The position numbers and the translations under genes are program-made. Below are positions 42,554 to 59,055 of a stretch of DNA of 64,000 nucleotides, piece after piece. The notes below the pieces were generated by a model. The model searched no databases, was not told the DNA's origin, and saw nothing but the letters and a program-made list of their open reading frames with translations. Every line of letters starts with the position of its first letter. The first letter of the stretch is position 1. The DNA lies in assembly GCF_009914755.1 (NCBI RefSeq), contig NC_060945.1, one strand, 5' to 3'. Source of the stretch: the human T2T-CHM13v2.0 reference genome, Homo sapiens.

Positions 42554-42734
42554 AGGGCTGTCAGATTTCACAAAGAAAAATACAGAATGCCCATTTAAAT
42601 GTGAATTTCAGATAAACAACAGATAATTTCTTAGTATGTCTCAAATCATGCATGGGATATACTTACACTAAAAAGCTATCTGTTGTTTATCTGAAACTCA
42701 AAATGAACAGGGCATCCCGGATTTTATCTGGCAA
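42554..42734. mobile_element. MER53 palindromic hAT MITE
   Basis: AGGGCTGTCAGATTT...TTTCAGATAAACAACAGATA / TATCTGTTGTTTATCTGAAA...TTTATCTGGCAA. Confidence 0.88.
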
Positions 42735-42898
42735 ATTTATGCAAAACATTCATAATATGGGGAATGAGAAATTAACACAGTTACCTCTTTCTGGTAGTCC
42801 AGGAAGTAGAGAAAAGGCAGCTCTAAGAAGGGGTAGAGGTGAGAAAAGGGAAAATGTAAAGAGAAAATAAAGCCTTCCTTATTTTGGTAGAATTCCAT

Positions 42899-43543
<645 letters not shown>

Positions 43544-44274
43544 TGAAGCTTTTCTAACAGTGAAGGTGAAATACAAAGATTTGGTCTCTTCTGAGGTTTC
43601 TTCTAATTCTGCACTGTGAGAAATAACCACTACTGTCATCCACACTAAGACATGAGTTTTGAGCAACAATAGCAACAACAAAAAATGCACACACAGCAAA
43701 AGCAGCAAACAGTTTTAGACATTCATGCTTCTCATATTATTACTGAGAAACAGAGCAGTACGCTTAAGAATCCAACACAAATGCCTTGTCACATTTGGAC
43801 AAATGAGTAAAGACGGGGGATAGGTTGTGTAGAATTCATCAAATTGGTGCCCCTAAAAAGTGAATTGAGATTTCGGGACCTGGCCATGGTTTGACCCTTA
43901 GTGATGTGTGTACCTATATACACACCAAAACAGGCACTCGCTTCACTTTCCAAAAGTTATCTGGAGAAAAGTTGTTCTAGTTCAGAGTGTTTACATAGAC
44001 CAAGGATGGTCAACTGAGACTCCAGGGCAAATACATGAGATTTTTACCGGTTCCTGGATACCTTTGACTCAAGACAGAAAAAAAGTCATTAGGAAAATGG
44101 TAATTATTCTTGTCATTCATAGAAGCCTACAATTCTCCCACCCAGGAAATTCCACTACTCAATTAATTGATTACATGGAATAGGATGCCTCCACTAGTCA
44201 TCTAGTCAAATGTGGACACTGGTCTGGGTTTTAACTTGTGGGAAACTGTTTTTCTTTAACTCAGGGGACTCTAA

Positions 44275-44715
<441 letters not shown>

Positions 44716-45758
44716 TGTCACTGTAGTTACTGTTTCTTTGCTACTTTGCATGAAGCTCTGAATTGCTCAGTGTTACCCTGAAGCTGGGGACTAACCATCC
44801 TTCTCTGGATTGCCTTCTGCCACTCAGCCATTCTAGTAATCAAGCTAAGCCTCTACTGAGGTCCCAGGACACACAGTTGTATGGGTAAGCCAATGCAGCC
44901 AATGAAATGTGTTGTAGATATAGAAAATGAGCTATCGGAAACGCTGACTTCAGGAAGTGGAGATACATGGCACAGCTCCAAAGGCAAGAAGCTCATAGCC
45001 ACCACGAATCTAGTAAGTCCTCCCTGCTTCTTGCCTTACATCCACAGGTGTGAGGGAAATTGGTGGTAAAAATTTCCTTTCCCATGACTCGTAAGCTTCT
45101 GAGAAAAGCCTTGTGATGATATACTAAGTACTTCAGCAAAGGATCAGAGGAGTCAGCTGTGAGCACTGCTCAGATCCCAGTAAGACTTTCAGTGGCCAAG
45201 ATTAAAGCTGGCTTCCCTCTGCCACGCCAAGCAACCCAGCCTGGCTACAGTACAGCAGGCTGCTGCAGGAACTTTTCAGAGCGAAGAGTAAGCGTTCGAT
45301 GAAGATGTAGACTCGATTAGAGTGGAAGATGGAAGCAGCAGATAACGGATGCATTACATACCATACTCTTTTCAAAATGAAAAAGCAACTAACATGCAAT
45401 CCTTCAATATAAAGGTAGATTATAAACATCGGTATTTTTTCTTTTTACTCGCACTTGGAATTACTTTGGTTGTAACCATTTACGTCTTTGCTCAGTCTGG
45501 ATTTAATCGGTTTCTCTGTTCTTCCCTGTAAAACTGAGTCTTTCCACCAAATGACCCTGCATTCACCTTAATTTGATTTTCTGGGTTTTCGTCTTTTAAA
45601 AGTCATCACAGATCTTATGCCATAGTTGTGATCAGTTCTCCAACATTTGTCTGACTATGGCTCAAGATTAAAAAACATTTTCTTCTAAGATGTGAGATCT
45701 CCTAATTCTCCAACACTCACCTATCCTCCACCCACCGGCATTTCTCTCCCTCACCCTG

Positions 45759-45866
45759 CTCCTCCGCCTGCTTCTTCACCCACTGCACTGGGGCTTCTTG
45801 CCTTTGACATCATGCAATTCCTGGAATAAAGGAGACTGGAGTTCTGTTACCAGTGAAACGAACTTT
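45759..45866 (-). repeat. Inverted repeat, right arm (108 bp)
   Basis: Partner of 43043-43150. Confidence 0.92.
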
Positions 45867-47779
45867 ACGTTAGAGACATCCAAACTGTGTGGATTTGGTA
45901 TAAGCTTCTTTCAAAAAGTACTACTCCATTATTGGGAATGTTTATGCCTAAAAAAGAAGATTCTGTGTTCTATTGTGTCAGACGCTTTCAAAGTGCAATT
46001 GTTCAATTTGCAAACTGCAATTGGTTAACCAAGCTAAACTTAATTAGTCCAACGATCCTACACATCAAACCCTACTGTTTGATGTATTCTGCGAGATGTC
46101 CAAGCCGCCTACAGCTGGCTAAGGGTCACAATGAAAAGGCAGCCAGGCTTAGGTCTGGGAACTGAAATGAGCTGTTCTAAGTGGAGCTTTTCTTCCATTT
46201 TCTGAGGCTGCACTGCTCTGACCTTCTCCAAATCAATCCTTTGCGGATTAACATGTAAAGCAGTGTCGAATTAATTTCAGAAAGGGAATATGAGATCAGC
46301 CTAGGATCATACAAAACATCTAACTCCTAAATACACTAATGCTTCTAGCCATTCAATGAGAAGCTGTCAATAAAGGGAAAAAAGTCGGTGAGGGGGGCGG
46401 CCAGAAGGATTTGAAGGTTGGAGCAATCTATCAGACTAGTTAGCACATTGCCTACTTCTGTGGCATGGCTAATGCATTCCTCTAGAAGTTAATCCTATTT
46501 CTAAAGACCCTCCCGCGAGGAGCACATAGGCCGTGATGAATGAGAACTAAAATGCATTAAAATTCTCAACAACTTCACCAAAAGGCACACTATTAGATTC
46601 TGAGTGTCTAAAATAAGACGGTTCATTAAAAGTGCAGGTCTTAAAGAACCCGCTTTTGTCCCTACACACTGGGGAGAGAGGGGCCAGTGTGTCACTTGTG
46701 ACACCTGCAGCCAAAATATTTTTACATTAGGTTGTCCAAGTAATCACATGAGAAACACTACATGAAACGGCAAGGGAAGGCCTTTTTCACAAGCGAGCTT
46801 AAATAGCGTTATTATGTGCCTACGCTGGGGGAGGATGTGTTTCCCCAGCATTAGCCACACAACGGTGTCATTAAACCCACTTTTAAAAAACAGACATGAA
46901 AGAGCACTTAATTTCCCTTGGAGGAGCGGCGGTATTTGAACACTTCTCTTTTTCTCTCATTGTATTTTGCTTGTACTCAATTAAGAGATAATTTAGCCAT
47001 TTATCAAGATGGAGTCGGGGCTGAGCATTTATACAGGCATTTACTGCAGCTATCCTTACAGGCGAAAATCTGAAACCATCTCCAGAAGACAGTTCATAGC
47101 GGTGGGCCTAATATTGACTGGAAATTACACCTTGACGAGTTAGTTTTGAGTCTCTGTTAACAGCACAGGGTATGGCTGGATGGCCCTCAAGACTGACTGC
47201 GACAAATTATAAAGCAACGTCGATGCTAACGCCAGAAACACCAAGGACGAAATGCTTGAGCCCCTACAGAACTGGCAGGAAGCAGCAGCTTAGGAGGCTC
47301 CGAAAGATGAAAACACAAAGACAGAAGCACACCTAGAAACTGGAGGGAATCCACATGGTGTGTTTGTTAAATGAATGAATTAAAGAGAGAATAAGTAGAC
47401 TCAGATTGCCACCTGGACTCAGGACATTTATAGCAACTTAATGGGCTGAAGTTTTGCAAAAGTTGATCCTCAGTGCTAAACATCAGGTCCAGCAGAAGGG
47501 TTCCCCAGAGGGGTGTGGGCATGGGAGGATGAGAGAGGAGCACGAGGGATGTATGATCCTGCCCACTTTGTTTCCACGCTTCATAATGAACACCTGTGCT
47601 GCATTTACTCTTCTGTATGAATCGAATATTACACTGAAAAAATCTGAAAGTAATACTTCCTCTGACCTTTCGTTTTCACATCAGCATCTACCACTTCTTT
47701 GTAGGGTCATCAATCCTACTATAAACAGTGTTATCAGTCTAAACTCTGCTATATCTGAACATTGTAATAATCAAGCTAT

Positions 47780-48010
47780 GATACGGACAGTATCATTTAC
47801 GGAAAGCTTCTAATACAGCATCTGTTTTACACACACACTATCTCTAATCCTCACAATCCTTTGGGCAGGTGGCATCTTTGTTTTACAGACAGAACAACTG
47901 AGGCTCAGAGAGGGCGAGTCAGGTGTTAAAGGCCACACAGCTAGCAGCCACCACTGAGAGGATTAAATTGAGGTCTGCTGGGCTCCCAAATCCATACTCT
48001 TTCCACTTTC
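47780..48010 (-). mobile_element. MIR
   Basis: TAATCCTCACAATCC, TTTTACAGACAGAACAACTGAGGCTCAGAGAGG, AAGGCCACACAGCTAG. Confidence 0.8.
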
Positions 48011-50079
48011 CCATAAAGAAACAGTGCAGGGGAAAACATAATACCATGTATCTAAAAGAAAGAAAAATAACTAAGAAGTTGCACATCTGAAAGATTGCAA
48101 GTTCCCTCAAGCTTAAAGTAAAAATGCTTGTTAAATGATAGGGTCAAGGATTTTATGAATAAATAAAAAAGAGCCATCCTACCTAAGCCAGATAAAGTGC
48201 ACTCACAGGGCAGCAAAAATAAACCAGACTCACGCCATGTCAGGGTCCCACCAAAAGCCAGGCTGTGCGACCCATGGAGATGACCACCAACCAGCACCCC
48301 TCCCTCAGTGAGAAGGTGGGTCCTTGGCCATCGGGAATGAGGCAAAGGAAGGGGCAGGGCCCAGGGAGCAGTGGCCTGGCAGCCCCTTCCCATGAGTTGG
48401 GGACTAGGGGGCAGGTAGTGATAGTGAGGCCCCGTGCCAGCTGCAGCGGAGGAGGCATGGTTGAGGCTGCACCTCTACAGAGCTGGCAGGAACTGGGAAC
48501 AGGTGAGAGCCACGCCCCCTTCCGAGTTGAAGGGGCTGGAGCCCCACTCTCCCAGGCGCAGCTGCTGCTGCCCAGCCACGGCCGGGCCGCCGACTGGGAT
48601 TCCTCGCGCTGTCAGAGGCCCCAGGAAGCCCCCCTCCCCCACAGGCTCAGAAGTGCCTGCTCCTGCTGCAGGGCCTGTCCCTGCTCCCGGCACCCACTCT
48701 GATTTCAGAGCAAAGTTGTGGCCAAGCCCAGGCACTGTCATGACCCAGCCAGGTGTGCACATGCTCAGGGCGGCGCTGACATGCCAGCCCCCTGCTGCCT
48801 CAGTCCCCACTGGACTTTGGGCACCAACAAGCACAGGCTTCTGGGATGCCAAGGGGGCGCTGAGGGCAGTTTGGCACAGGCCTGTACGCGCCCTTCAGCA
48901 TGAACAGCCTGGGTGCTGTGGGCACCGTGGATGTCAGGTTGATGGCTGCAGAAGGCAGACAGGCTCCTGGGCAGAAAGTGGGACGTCCCTGGTGAAGCTC
49001 CATCTTCAAGTCAAGGACAACCTGAAGCATTTCTTGGGGCTGGATAGCTTTTGTCTTTTCGATGACCCCAAAAGCACGGAAAAACCAGAAGTCAGCTCCG
49101 TGGGTGGTGACCCCGTGGAGGGGAAATATAAACCAGAAAGTAGGATGCTGAGTGCAGACTGGGAGGCGACTTCATGGTCTGGACTAGTGCCAGCCCTAGC
49201 GCCTGGGACGTGAGGGTGCCCGGCAAGAGGGTGTAAAAAGACAAACCAATGAGTGCGTGGGAGGCCTGATTCTCATGTCAAAAAGGGTGGAAGGAACCAC
49301 GTGTTCATCTGACAGCATCGTCCTCCTGTTTATTTCCTCAGCCAAGGACTGGGGACTGGGAGACAGTCCACTTGGGTGACGGCGAATTTCTTTCACCCCG
49401 AGCTGACACCACCTTGGGCAGGGGGCCACAGTGAGGGCTGAGCTGGCCACTGTGTCCAGGGGATCGTGCCTTGGGCAGATCTGCCTTCATCTCCCTGCTC
49501 TTCCCCTCTGTTTTTTGTGTATAGTAGGAGCACACGAGAATTAGGAAGAACAGAAAAAACAAGCATCTTTCAAGGTTTTATTGAACCACTGCCAAGAAGA
49601 TGTGGAAGAGTGGGTTGACTACAATTGCTAGACATCCGTTCATTCACTTATTCATTCAGTTCACTGGCATCCCCAGCTAACACGGCCACCGTGTCACACT
49701 TACCAAAAAATGGTTGGGAGATTTATCCTTGGCCAACTCTGCAGAACCCTCCTCCCCAAACCTCCTGCTCTGCGCTTTGCTCCGGCAGTGATCTCAATGA
49801 CAGGATTTTAAAACGAGGTTTCAGTACTTCTGCAACCCAAATGTTCACATCGTTACCGCTTAGGAATCTCAGTTATGTCTATATGATATTTAAGCATGTG
49901 TTTAAAGACACAAAACACTTTCCGCATTTTGTCTGAATAGACTGAAGACTTGTTGCTGAGTTTTCAGTACAAAAAAACACCAGCGATTATCCTGAAACTG
50001 ACAAGTTTGAAGATGCAAAGTCTAGGCTGTAAGAGGAATTTTAAACGCACGCCTTTAAAATGAGACTTGTGGCTAAAAT

Positions 50080-50151
50080 GGAGAAAGGGAAGGGAGGGAA
50101 GGAAAGAGAAGAAGACGGGAGGGGAGAGGAAAGAGGGAAGAAGAGGAGAAA
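50080..50151 (+). repeat. Polypurine (GA-rich) tract
   Basis: About 70 bp almost exclusively A/G. Confidence 0.8.
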
Positions 50152-50350
50152 CTGACAGCTGACAGGAGGGTCCCATCACAGGTACAGGAGACATCAGGTG
50201 GCCTCTGATGGGAATAGGAGAGCTGCAGCCAGTCATCCTCACCCTCCCACAGCTGCTAATGAGCCATTGTCAGGCCTTGTAAAAGTAAGTTAAATTATTG
50301 CTGATATATCTTCCTTGTAAGTAAGATAAGGTGACAAAAGGTCACTCCTC

Positions 50351-50672
<322 letters not shown>

Positions 50673-51818
50673 CTAATGGATGACACACAGACTTCATAAA
50701 GCATATTTATCTGACCTGATGGGTTTTTTAAATAAACTTTTATTTTGGAATAATTTTTCATTTACATTATTTTTAATGATAGTAATCACGGCTCTTTCAT
50801 GATGGGCTTAGCACATGTGATGGGCACCAGCACATATACATATGCCCTTTCAAATCAATCAACAGCTTGTTCAGGGATGTATGGAGACAGACAGAAATGT
50901 AGTATCTGGATCATTACTATTAATGCTAACTATTAATTTTACCTCTCCTAGTATTTCAAAATATGGTTATGCAGGCCAATTATCCATGCATGGAAAAATT
51001 CCCAGAAAAGGGAAGAACAAGAACAAGACAAGATCTAGCTAGAGCAGGACAGTGATTTTTAAAGCAAGATAACTAATTTTTAAAACCTACCAATAAATAC
51101 AGCATTTAATTCAGAGTAGGGTTAAAAGAAATAAAAACAACAAAGTAAAACTTAAATGTATCACTCACTAAAATTACCTGTTATATTGATTAGGGCATAA
51201 CCACTCGGGTTTTCTTGACCTGTGAGCCTGGACTTCTCGTGTGTGTTAAAGCACCGCCAAATACAACAATGACTAATAGCCTTTTTAAATGAATCTAAGA
51301 CCCCGCTGATGGTAGTATACATCCCAATTTCAGAAGTGTTAAAATGTGTATTTTAGAACTGATCAAACAGTAATACATTAAGCTGAACCCAATCAAAAGT
51401 ACATTTCCTGCTTATTTGGATAATGATGCACAATGCCTGGAAGAGAATGAGAACCAGGCAAATATTTACTGAATCAATGGATAGTCTAAGAGGTGACAGT
51501 CATCTGTGAAATATGGAATTACTCGCAGTTTGCCGACACACCATCTTCTTTCCTCTCTACACTTGCCTGGGACACCCCTCTCTTAGCCTTTCATTATAAG
51601 GAACAGTCAGTTCAATAATACAAATAATACGAATCTCTCTTCACTATGCATGAAGTGATCATTCCTTGCAAACTAGAAACACGAACTTGTTAACCTCCTT
51701 CAAGGATGCAAGACGACTCAGGAATCCTTCCATGTACTCTGCATTCACAAATACGTGTATGTGTGAACTTAGTCTACGAGGAGACTAACAACAGCCCATT
51801 TACCAGCTTCAAACGTGC

Positions 51819-51821
<3 letters not shown>

Positions 51822-51859
<38 letters not shown>
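51822..51859 (+). repeat. (GT)19 microsatellite
   Basis: Seen directly. Confidence 0.97.
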
Positions 51860-51861
<2 letters not shown>

Positions 51862-52108
51862 ACATGTGCTTCAGGGCAAGGCATGTGCTATATAATTTAT
51901 TTTATAAGTTTACTACCACCAGATGTACAGTGTCAGTATCACCTGTGTAAATTAGACACAACTGGGTTTTGTATTTTGCATTACCTAGATAAGTATTTCT
52001 CTGCATTAGAGCTACATGGACCAGGCCTATTTAGCTACTTCCCCCTCCCATTCTTGGAGGATAAAAACAATTTGTTGTCCTCATAGGTTCTCTGAGCATC
52101 TAACCCTA

Positions 52109-52825
<717 letters not shown>

Positions 52826-53317
52826 CTCTGATGCCATCTCTGGCATCTCAGGCAATTTCTGCTTTTTCTAGGTTTTGTTTTGTCCATACACGGTACAGAC
52901 TTCCTCCACAGAGGGATTTTACGAGAACTAGAACCAACAGGAAAAACTTGGGTGAGAGGTACTAACATAATTAACAAAATGAAGAACACGCCAACTTTCC
53001 TAACCAGGGAAGAAACACAAAACAATAAAGGAAGTCACATTTCCCTCCTTTTCCCATCACTGAAGAGACGGCAGCCAAATGGTCATGCTCACATTTGGTG
53101 CATGAAAGTGCTCTGGCAGTAATGATCTACAGGCAGTCATTGGCATGCTTATGGTCACTCACTTGCGACCTTGTTTCTTGAGTTTGTCCTAAAACTTCTT
53201 TTTGAAAGAAAGAAAGACTTTGACATAAAAATGTTCAATGTAGCTTCAGAATCACAAGAATTAGAAATTACCTCAATATCTAATAGCAGGGAGACCACTA
53301 AGGAAATTATAGTATGA

Positions 53318-53615
53318 GGCCAGGTGCAGTGGATCACACCCTAGAACTTTGGGAAACTGAGGCAAGAGGACTGCTTGAGGCCAGGAATTTGGAACCAGCC
53401 TGGACAACATAGTGAGAGGTCCTGTCTCTATAAAAAATAAATACGAAACTGATCCAGGTGTGGTAGGATGTGTCTCTGGTCCTGGCTACTTGAGCGGCTG
53501 AGGCGGGAGGATCACTTGAGCCTAGAAGGTCACAGCTGCAGTAAGTCAAGATCACACCACTGCACTCCAGCCTGGACAACAGAGTGAGACTCTATCTCAA
53601 TTAAAATAATAATAA
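53318..53615 (+). mobile_element. AluJ with (AAT)n tail
   Basis: Diverged dimer with J diagnostics. Confidence 0.9.
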
Positions 53616-54562
53616 TTGTTATTATTATTGTCTTTGTGTTAACCTATTCTTGAGACTGGTTTGGTTCTGGTGTGTGTGTGTATGTGTGTGTGTGTACACG
53701 TAAATATACATATATATTGTTCTACGTGATTAAAAAAATACACTTCATTCATCTTCCAAGTAAGTTAGCCTTCTTGTTTCCATTAAAATGCAGGAGGTGG
53801 GTCTGGTTCTACCAACCTTGCTCGAGATTTATCCCCAGGTCACCCCCGCCCCAGGACTCTGGCAGAGCTAGCGTAAGGCAGAGCACTGGTGGCTGATCCT
53901 GATGTCACCTGCAGGCCACATATGCATCTCCACCATCTCCAGACGTCGGCAATGCCACAGCATGACTCTGGGGATACAGCTTCTAGACAATAAGCAGCAA
54001 GTTAGAGACTAGAACAATTTCACGGATAAAAGACACCTGCTGGTGATATATGACTTCAAACAATGAAGAGGGGACTAGAAGGCTGGCATTCTGCCAACCA
54101 ACACCTAAGAGGGCAGGGGAGCCATAGAGTGGGGACAGTAAAGGGCGGGACACTCTCTCCCAACAACCAAGGAATAGACCCACCTGGAAGGCAGAGGGAG
54201 TTTCTTCACTGGGTACAAGGAATTAGAGTAAGAAGTTATTTTTTTTTTTTAATTAGAAACAAATGAAAGAATCCCACCAACTTCACTCTGTGAACTATGA
54301 TTTTAACGTTAAGAGTAACAAAGATGGGAAATCTATCAAAATCCTCAATTTTGTATTACACTGCACACTCGTGAAACAGTTCCTAACAAGCCTAGATGAA
54401 TTTCAGTTCTTTTAAGCCAACATTTGAAATACAGGTCCCCAGTCCCACCCCTTCCTCAGCAGTGGCCCACTTCGGTGGCTGTTTTCTAGGAGTTGTTCCT
54501 GGAGTTGGTCTGGAGTCAGCACCTCCAGCCCTCATACTGATCTCCCAGTGAGATACGTGGAT

Positions 54563-54752
54563 CTCCAGAGTTCAGTACTCGCTACACTGATGGCACTCAG
54601 AAGTTTGTGGAATGAATGGACAAATGAATGGATCGTTATGCTTCACTGGAGCAGGCAGGATCAACCCCCTGGAAGGGTTAAAGAAGGTGCTGAACGAAAC
54701 TCTGCTTTTCTTGCCTTCATGCTTCCTTTTTTCCAAAAGGGTAAAAAGTAGC
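54563..54752 (+). repeat. Direct repeat copy 1 (~190 bp; L2-like tail plus adjacent sequence)
   Basis: Aligns with 56531-56735. Confidence 0.9.
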
Positions 54753-54859
54753 TGCATTAAATCCCTTTCTGTTCAGATGTCCTAGAACTGCTACAAGGCC
54801 CACCACATATCCCCCTCATCTCCAACTAGCACAGGGTAAATAGTAACATTCTACTGTAC

Positions 54860-55045
54860 CACATTTTCTAGAATGGCTGTATATATGAAGTTACAATTCA
54901 CGCTATGCACTGCTAATGAACTTTCCACAATGCCATAAATGAAATATGTAATATCATGACTCCCATTTTACAAATGAGGAAGCTTGTCCAAGTTTACACA
55001 GTTAACAGCGGAACTGGGACTCCATTCTGCTATACTGCCTCCCAG
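54860..55045 (-). mobile_element. MIR fragment
   Basis: CCCATTTTACAAATGAGGAAG, CCAAGTTTACACAG. Confidence 0.65.
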
Positions 55046-55454
55046 TAAAAGTTTACATGGTGAATACAGAACAAATATTCAAAAGAGAGAAAGAGGGGAA
55101 ACAGAGGTGACAGAGGATCCAGTGTTGGCTTAATAGGTATAAACATGGTCTGAGCCTGATTATAGGCAAAAGAAACAAAGAAGAGCAGAAAAAAAGGAGT
55201 CACATGCATGGATAGCAGGGTGCTACAAGGATGTCTAATAACACAGACCTGTGGCGGGGAGGGTCACAGGATAATGGCATGCTTAAGGCGGCCCAATAGA
55301 CACAGGAGAACACTGATGCTTGCTGGCAGGCTGGGAAATAGAGGTGCCTTGAAGAATCCATGGGGAGCTTATACTGGAAGTCTGTTTTGGGAGTAAAAAA
55401 GGATGAGGAGTGTAAAGTTAAAGAAAAGGACTGAAGGCCATTAGATGTTCTTCA

Positions 55455-55876
<422 letters not shown>

Positions 55877-55949
55877 TCAGTTCTCCGGGGGCAATACTTC
55901 TCACTTACAACTTGAGTGTGCTCATTGAAGAAACCTTGGTGACCTTTAG

Positions 55950-56323
<374 letters not shown>

Positions 56324-56530
56324 TCAGTGGCGAGTATTTTTCTACAGTTGTTTCATGTTCTGAGAACCAGGAGAAGGATATTTAATGTTGTTGGGTGTGC
56401 AAGTTCAGGTCTGATTCAGCGGGTTCAGAAGTAACTGAATAACAGCAGGGAACCAGTATAGGGAATATCAACAAGGGAGCTGAGCTTTGCTAATAGGCCA
56501 TAATTTATTTAAAAAAATTTAGTCTCATAA

Positions 56531-56735
56531 CTCTAGAGTTCAGTACTTGGTTCACTGATGGCATTCAGAAGTGTGTGGAATGAATGAATGAATGAATGAA
56601 TGAATGAATGAATGAGTGAATAAATGGTTATACTTCACTGGAGTCGGCAGGATCAACACCCTGGAAACGTTAATAAGGTGCTGAACAAAACTCTTTTTTT
56701 CCTTTATTCTTCCTTTTTTCCAAAAGAAGAATAGC
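56531..56735 (+). repeat. Direct repeat copy 2, containing (GAAT)9 at 56578-56613
   Basis: Aligns with 54563-54752. Confidence 0.9.
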
Positions 56736-58127
56736 CTATGAAGTAATTCTTCTTTTCCCTCTAACTGCAATAGATACATAATACCATATTTTCACTAACA
56801 GCAAAAACAATTCACATTAGAAGGGGTTCTTCCATTCACCAGAGTTAATTTTTTAAGTGGATAAGCAATTAAAGATGCCAAGTAGATTAAAATTGATCCC
56901 TAGCATAAAAGTTGTGATCAATAAAAAAACAATCTGTAAATTTGATTGCATAAATCCTTTTTACTTAAGTCCACCATAAGCATAATTTTCAGGATCACTA
57001 CTTTGATCTCACTTACTGGAAAATAAAATGCAATAAAAATATTGCTGCAAAACCTAGTTTCTAGAAAATAATAAATAAAACATCCATTTTAAAATTTTTG
57101 AACCACCCATGGGAGACAAATGCACAATGATTAGACTATGCTACTACTAATCAAGGAAAATGCAGGATTAAAAAGTCCCTTGGGATCTAGCCAAGTTCCT
57201 AAACTAACAGGAGAAATGCTTTCTGAAATGCAGCTTGTTTTATTTAACTGGTTCCAACGGCCCCTTACTGGTTTTCATGGTTTGGCAACTTTACACATTG
57301 TCTTTGGATTCTTGCTGTTAGGATCTAGCTCACACATCATCCATCTCTCCTCCTGCTCACTTACGCATCTGTTGTCAGTTCTACTGGATTCCTGTGAAAC
57401 TCCAAATAGCGTACTTCACTGTTTTACCTATGAGATGTATGTCTTGCTGCTCAGTTTGTATGAGAAGCACAACCACACTCAGCTTTTCAGTCCCTTTCCC
57501 CTCCTCTGCTTCCCCGCCCACCTCTGTCACCCTTTACCTTGTCAAATGTAGTAACATTCACACTCTGTTCAGTAGCAACTGTTATCTTTCATGATTTGTC
57601 TCCAGATTCATTAAGTTGACACATTCCAATTTTGTGTGTCATGACATATAAACATAATTTACAGTATTAACTATACAGATGATACTTATTACAAGAGAAT
57701 GCATAATATACAGGTATTACTATAAATATTGTCATATTACTAGATATTACTGAATATTAATATACTATACAGATATTTGTAACTATGCAGACATTTATAA
57801 TCCTAGTTTGTTAGGATTACATTTCCTTCTCAATGGGTTCACGGTGCCATCCAATGGAAGATGTTTCTAGTATCAAAATAAAAAAGACCCTGTCTCCTCC
57901 CTCATGTAATTTGCTTTTATTTCAAGATACTAAAAAACCTGAGAGATCTCCCCACTCTATTCCCTTCCCAGAGAGGACTTACTTAAGTTCCAGAGTGAAG
58001 CCAGCCCCTCTCCCCGGCCCTCTCCCGCAGAGGGAAGGAGGGGCAGGCACGCAGCTACACTATATGAGCTCACGTCTGATGGTTTAGGGACCCTCTCCTG
58101 TAGTACAACCCGGCTGCACATGCACAG

Positions 58128-58540
58128 GGTTAGAGGCTGAACTGTGTCCCCCTAAAAATTCAGATATTGAAGTCCTCAACCTCAGCACCTCAAAATGGAA
58201 CTGTATTTAGAGACAGGGTCTTTCCAGAGGCGATTAAGTTAACATGAGGTAATTCAGGTGGGTCCTAATCCAGTATGACTCGTGTCCTTGTAAGAAGAGG
58301 ACATTTGAACACAGACACACACACAGGAGAGGTGACAGGAACACACAGGGAGACGACAGCCTCTACAAGCCAGAGAGAGGGGCCCGGAACAGAGCCTCTC
58401 TCACGGCCTCAGAAGGAGCCAGCCCTGCTGACACCTTATCCTGGACTTCTGGCCTTCAGAGCTGGGAGAAATGAATGTCTGTTGTTGAAGCTACCCCAGG
58501 CTGTGGTACTTTGTCCCAGCAGCCCTCGCAAGATAACACA
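58128..58540 (+). mobile_element. MLT1 (B-like) solo LTR, near full length
   Basis: GGCTGAACTGTGTCCCCC, GGTCCTAATCCAGTATGACT, TGTGGTACTTTGT..CAGCAGCCCT..TAACACA. Confidence 0.88.
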
Positions 58541-58762
58541 CAGAGTAACATCAGCCTTTTCCCATCCAGTCCTGTGGTAACGGGAGCATTAAAAAGCTCT
58601 GCGAGGAATGCGTGCTTTGTTCTTAGACTCAGAGATCCCGTGTTTCTTGTCAGAATATATCTTTCTCTGTATCTGTAGCTACAGACTTAGCAGCAGGGAG
58701 CTCTGTGTAGCACATAGGGCTTGTCAATAGACAGGTTTCACTTTAGTAAAAGTGGAGACAGG

Positions 58763-59055
58763 GGCCAGGTGCGGTGGTTCATGCCTGTAATCCCAGCATT
58801 TTGGGAGACTGAGGTGGGCTGATCGCTTGAGCCTAGGGGTTCGAGACCAGCCTGGGCAACATGATGAAACCCGAAACCTTGTCTCTAAAAAAAGTTTAAA
58901 AAATTAGCAGGGCATGGTGGCACACATCTGTAGTCTCAACAACTCTGGACAAGCCCCTGGAAGTTGAGGCTGCAGTGAGCCATGATGATGCCACTGTACT
59001 CCAGCCTGGGCAACAGAGTGAGACCCTCTCTCAAAAAAAAAAAAAAAAAAAAAAA
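58763..59055 (+). mobile_element. AluJ with a right-arm deletion
   Basis: J diagnostics; shortened right arm; A tail. Confidence 0.9.

Noticed and set aside
45361-45525. Possible minus-strand exon (TTTTACAG| ... ATG|GTATGT)
   Set aside because: Weak polypyrimidine tract and no recognisable product; kept only as context for the inverted repeat
48434-49213. Longest ORF (259 aa) and overlapping ORFs on both strands
   Set aside because: Non-ATG start, GC-rich region open in several frames, no recognisable domain or exon boundaries
57660-57800. AT-rich stretch with recurring ACTATACAGAT-like words
   Set aside because: Low complexity with no consistent period
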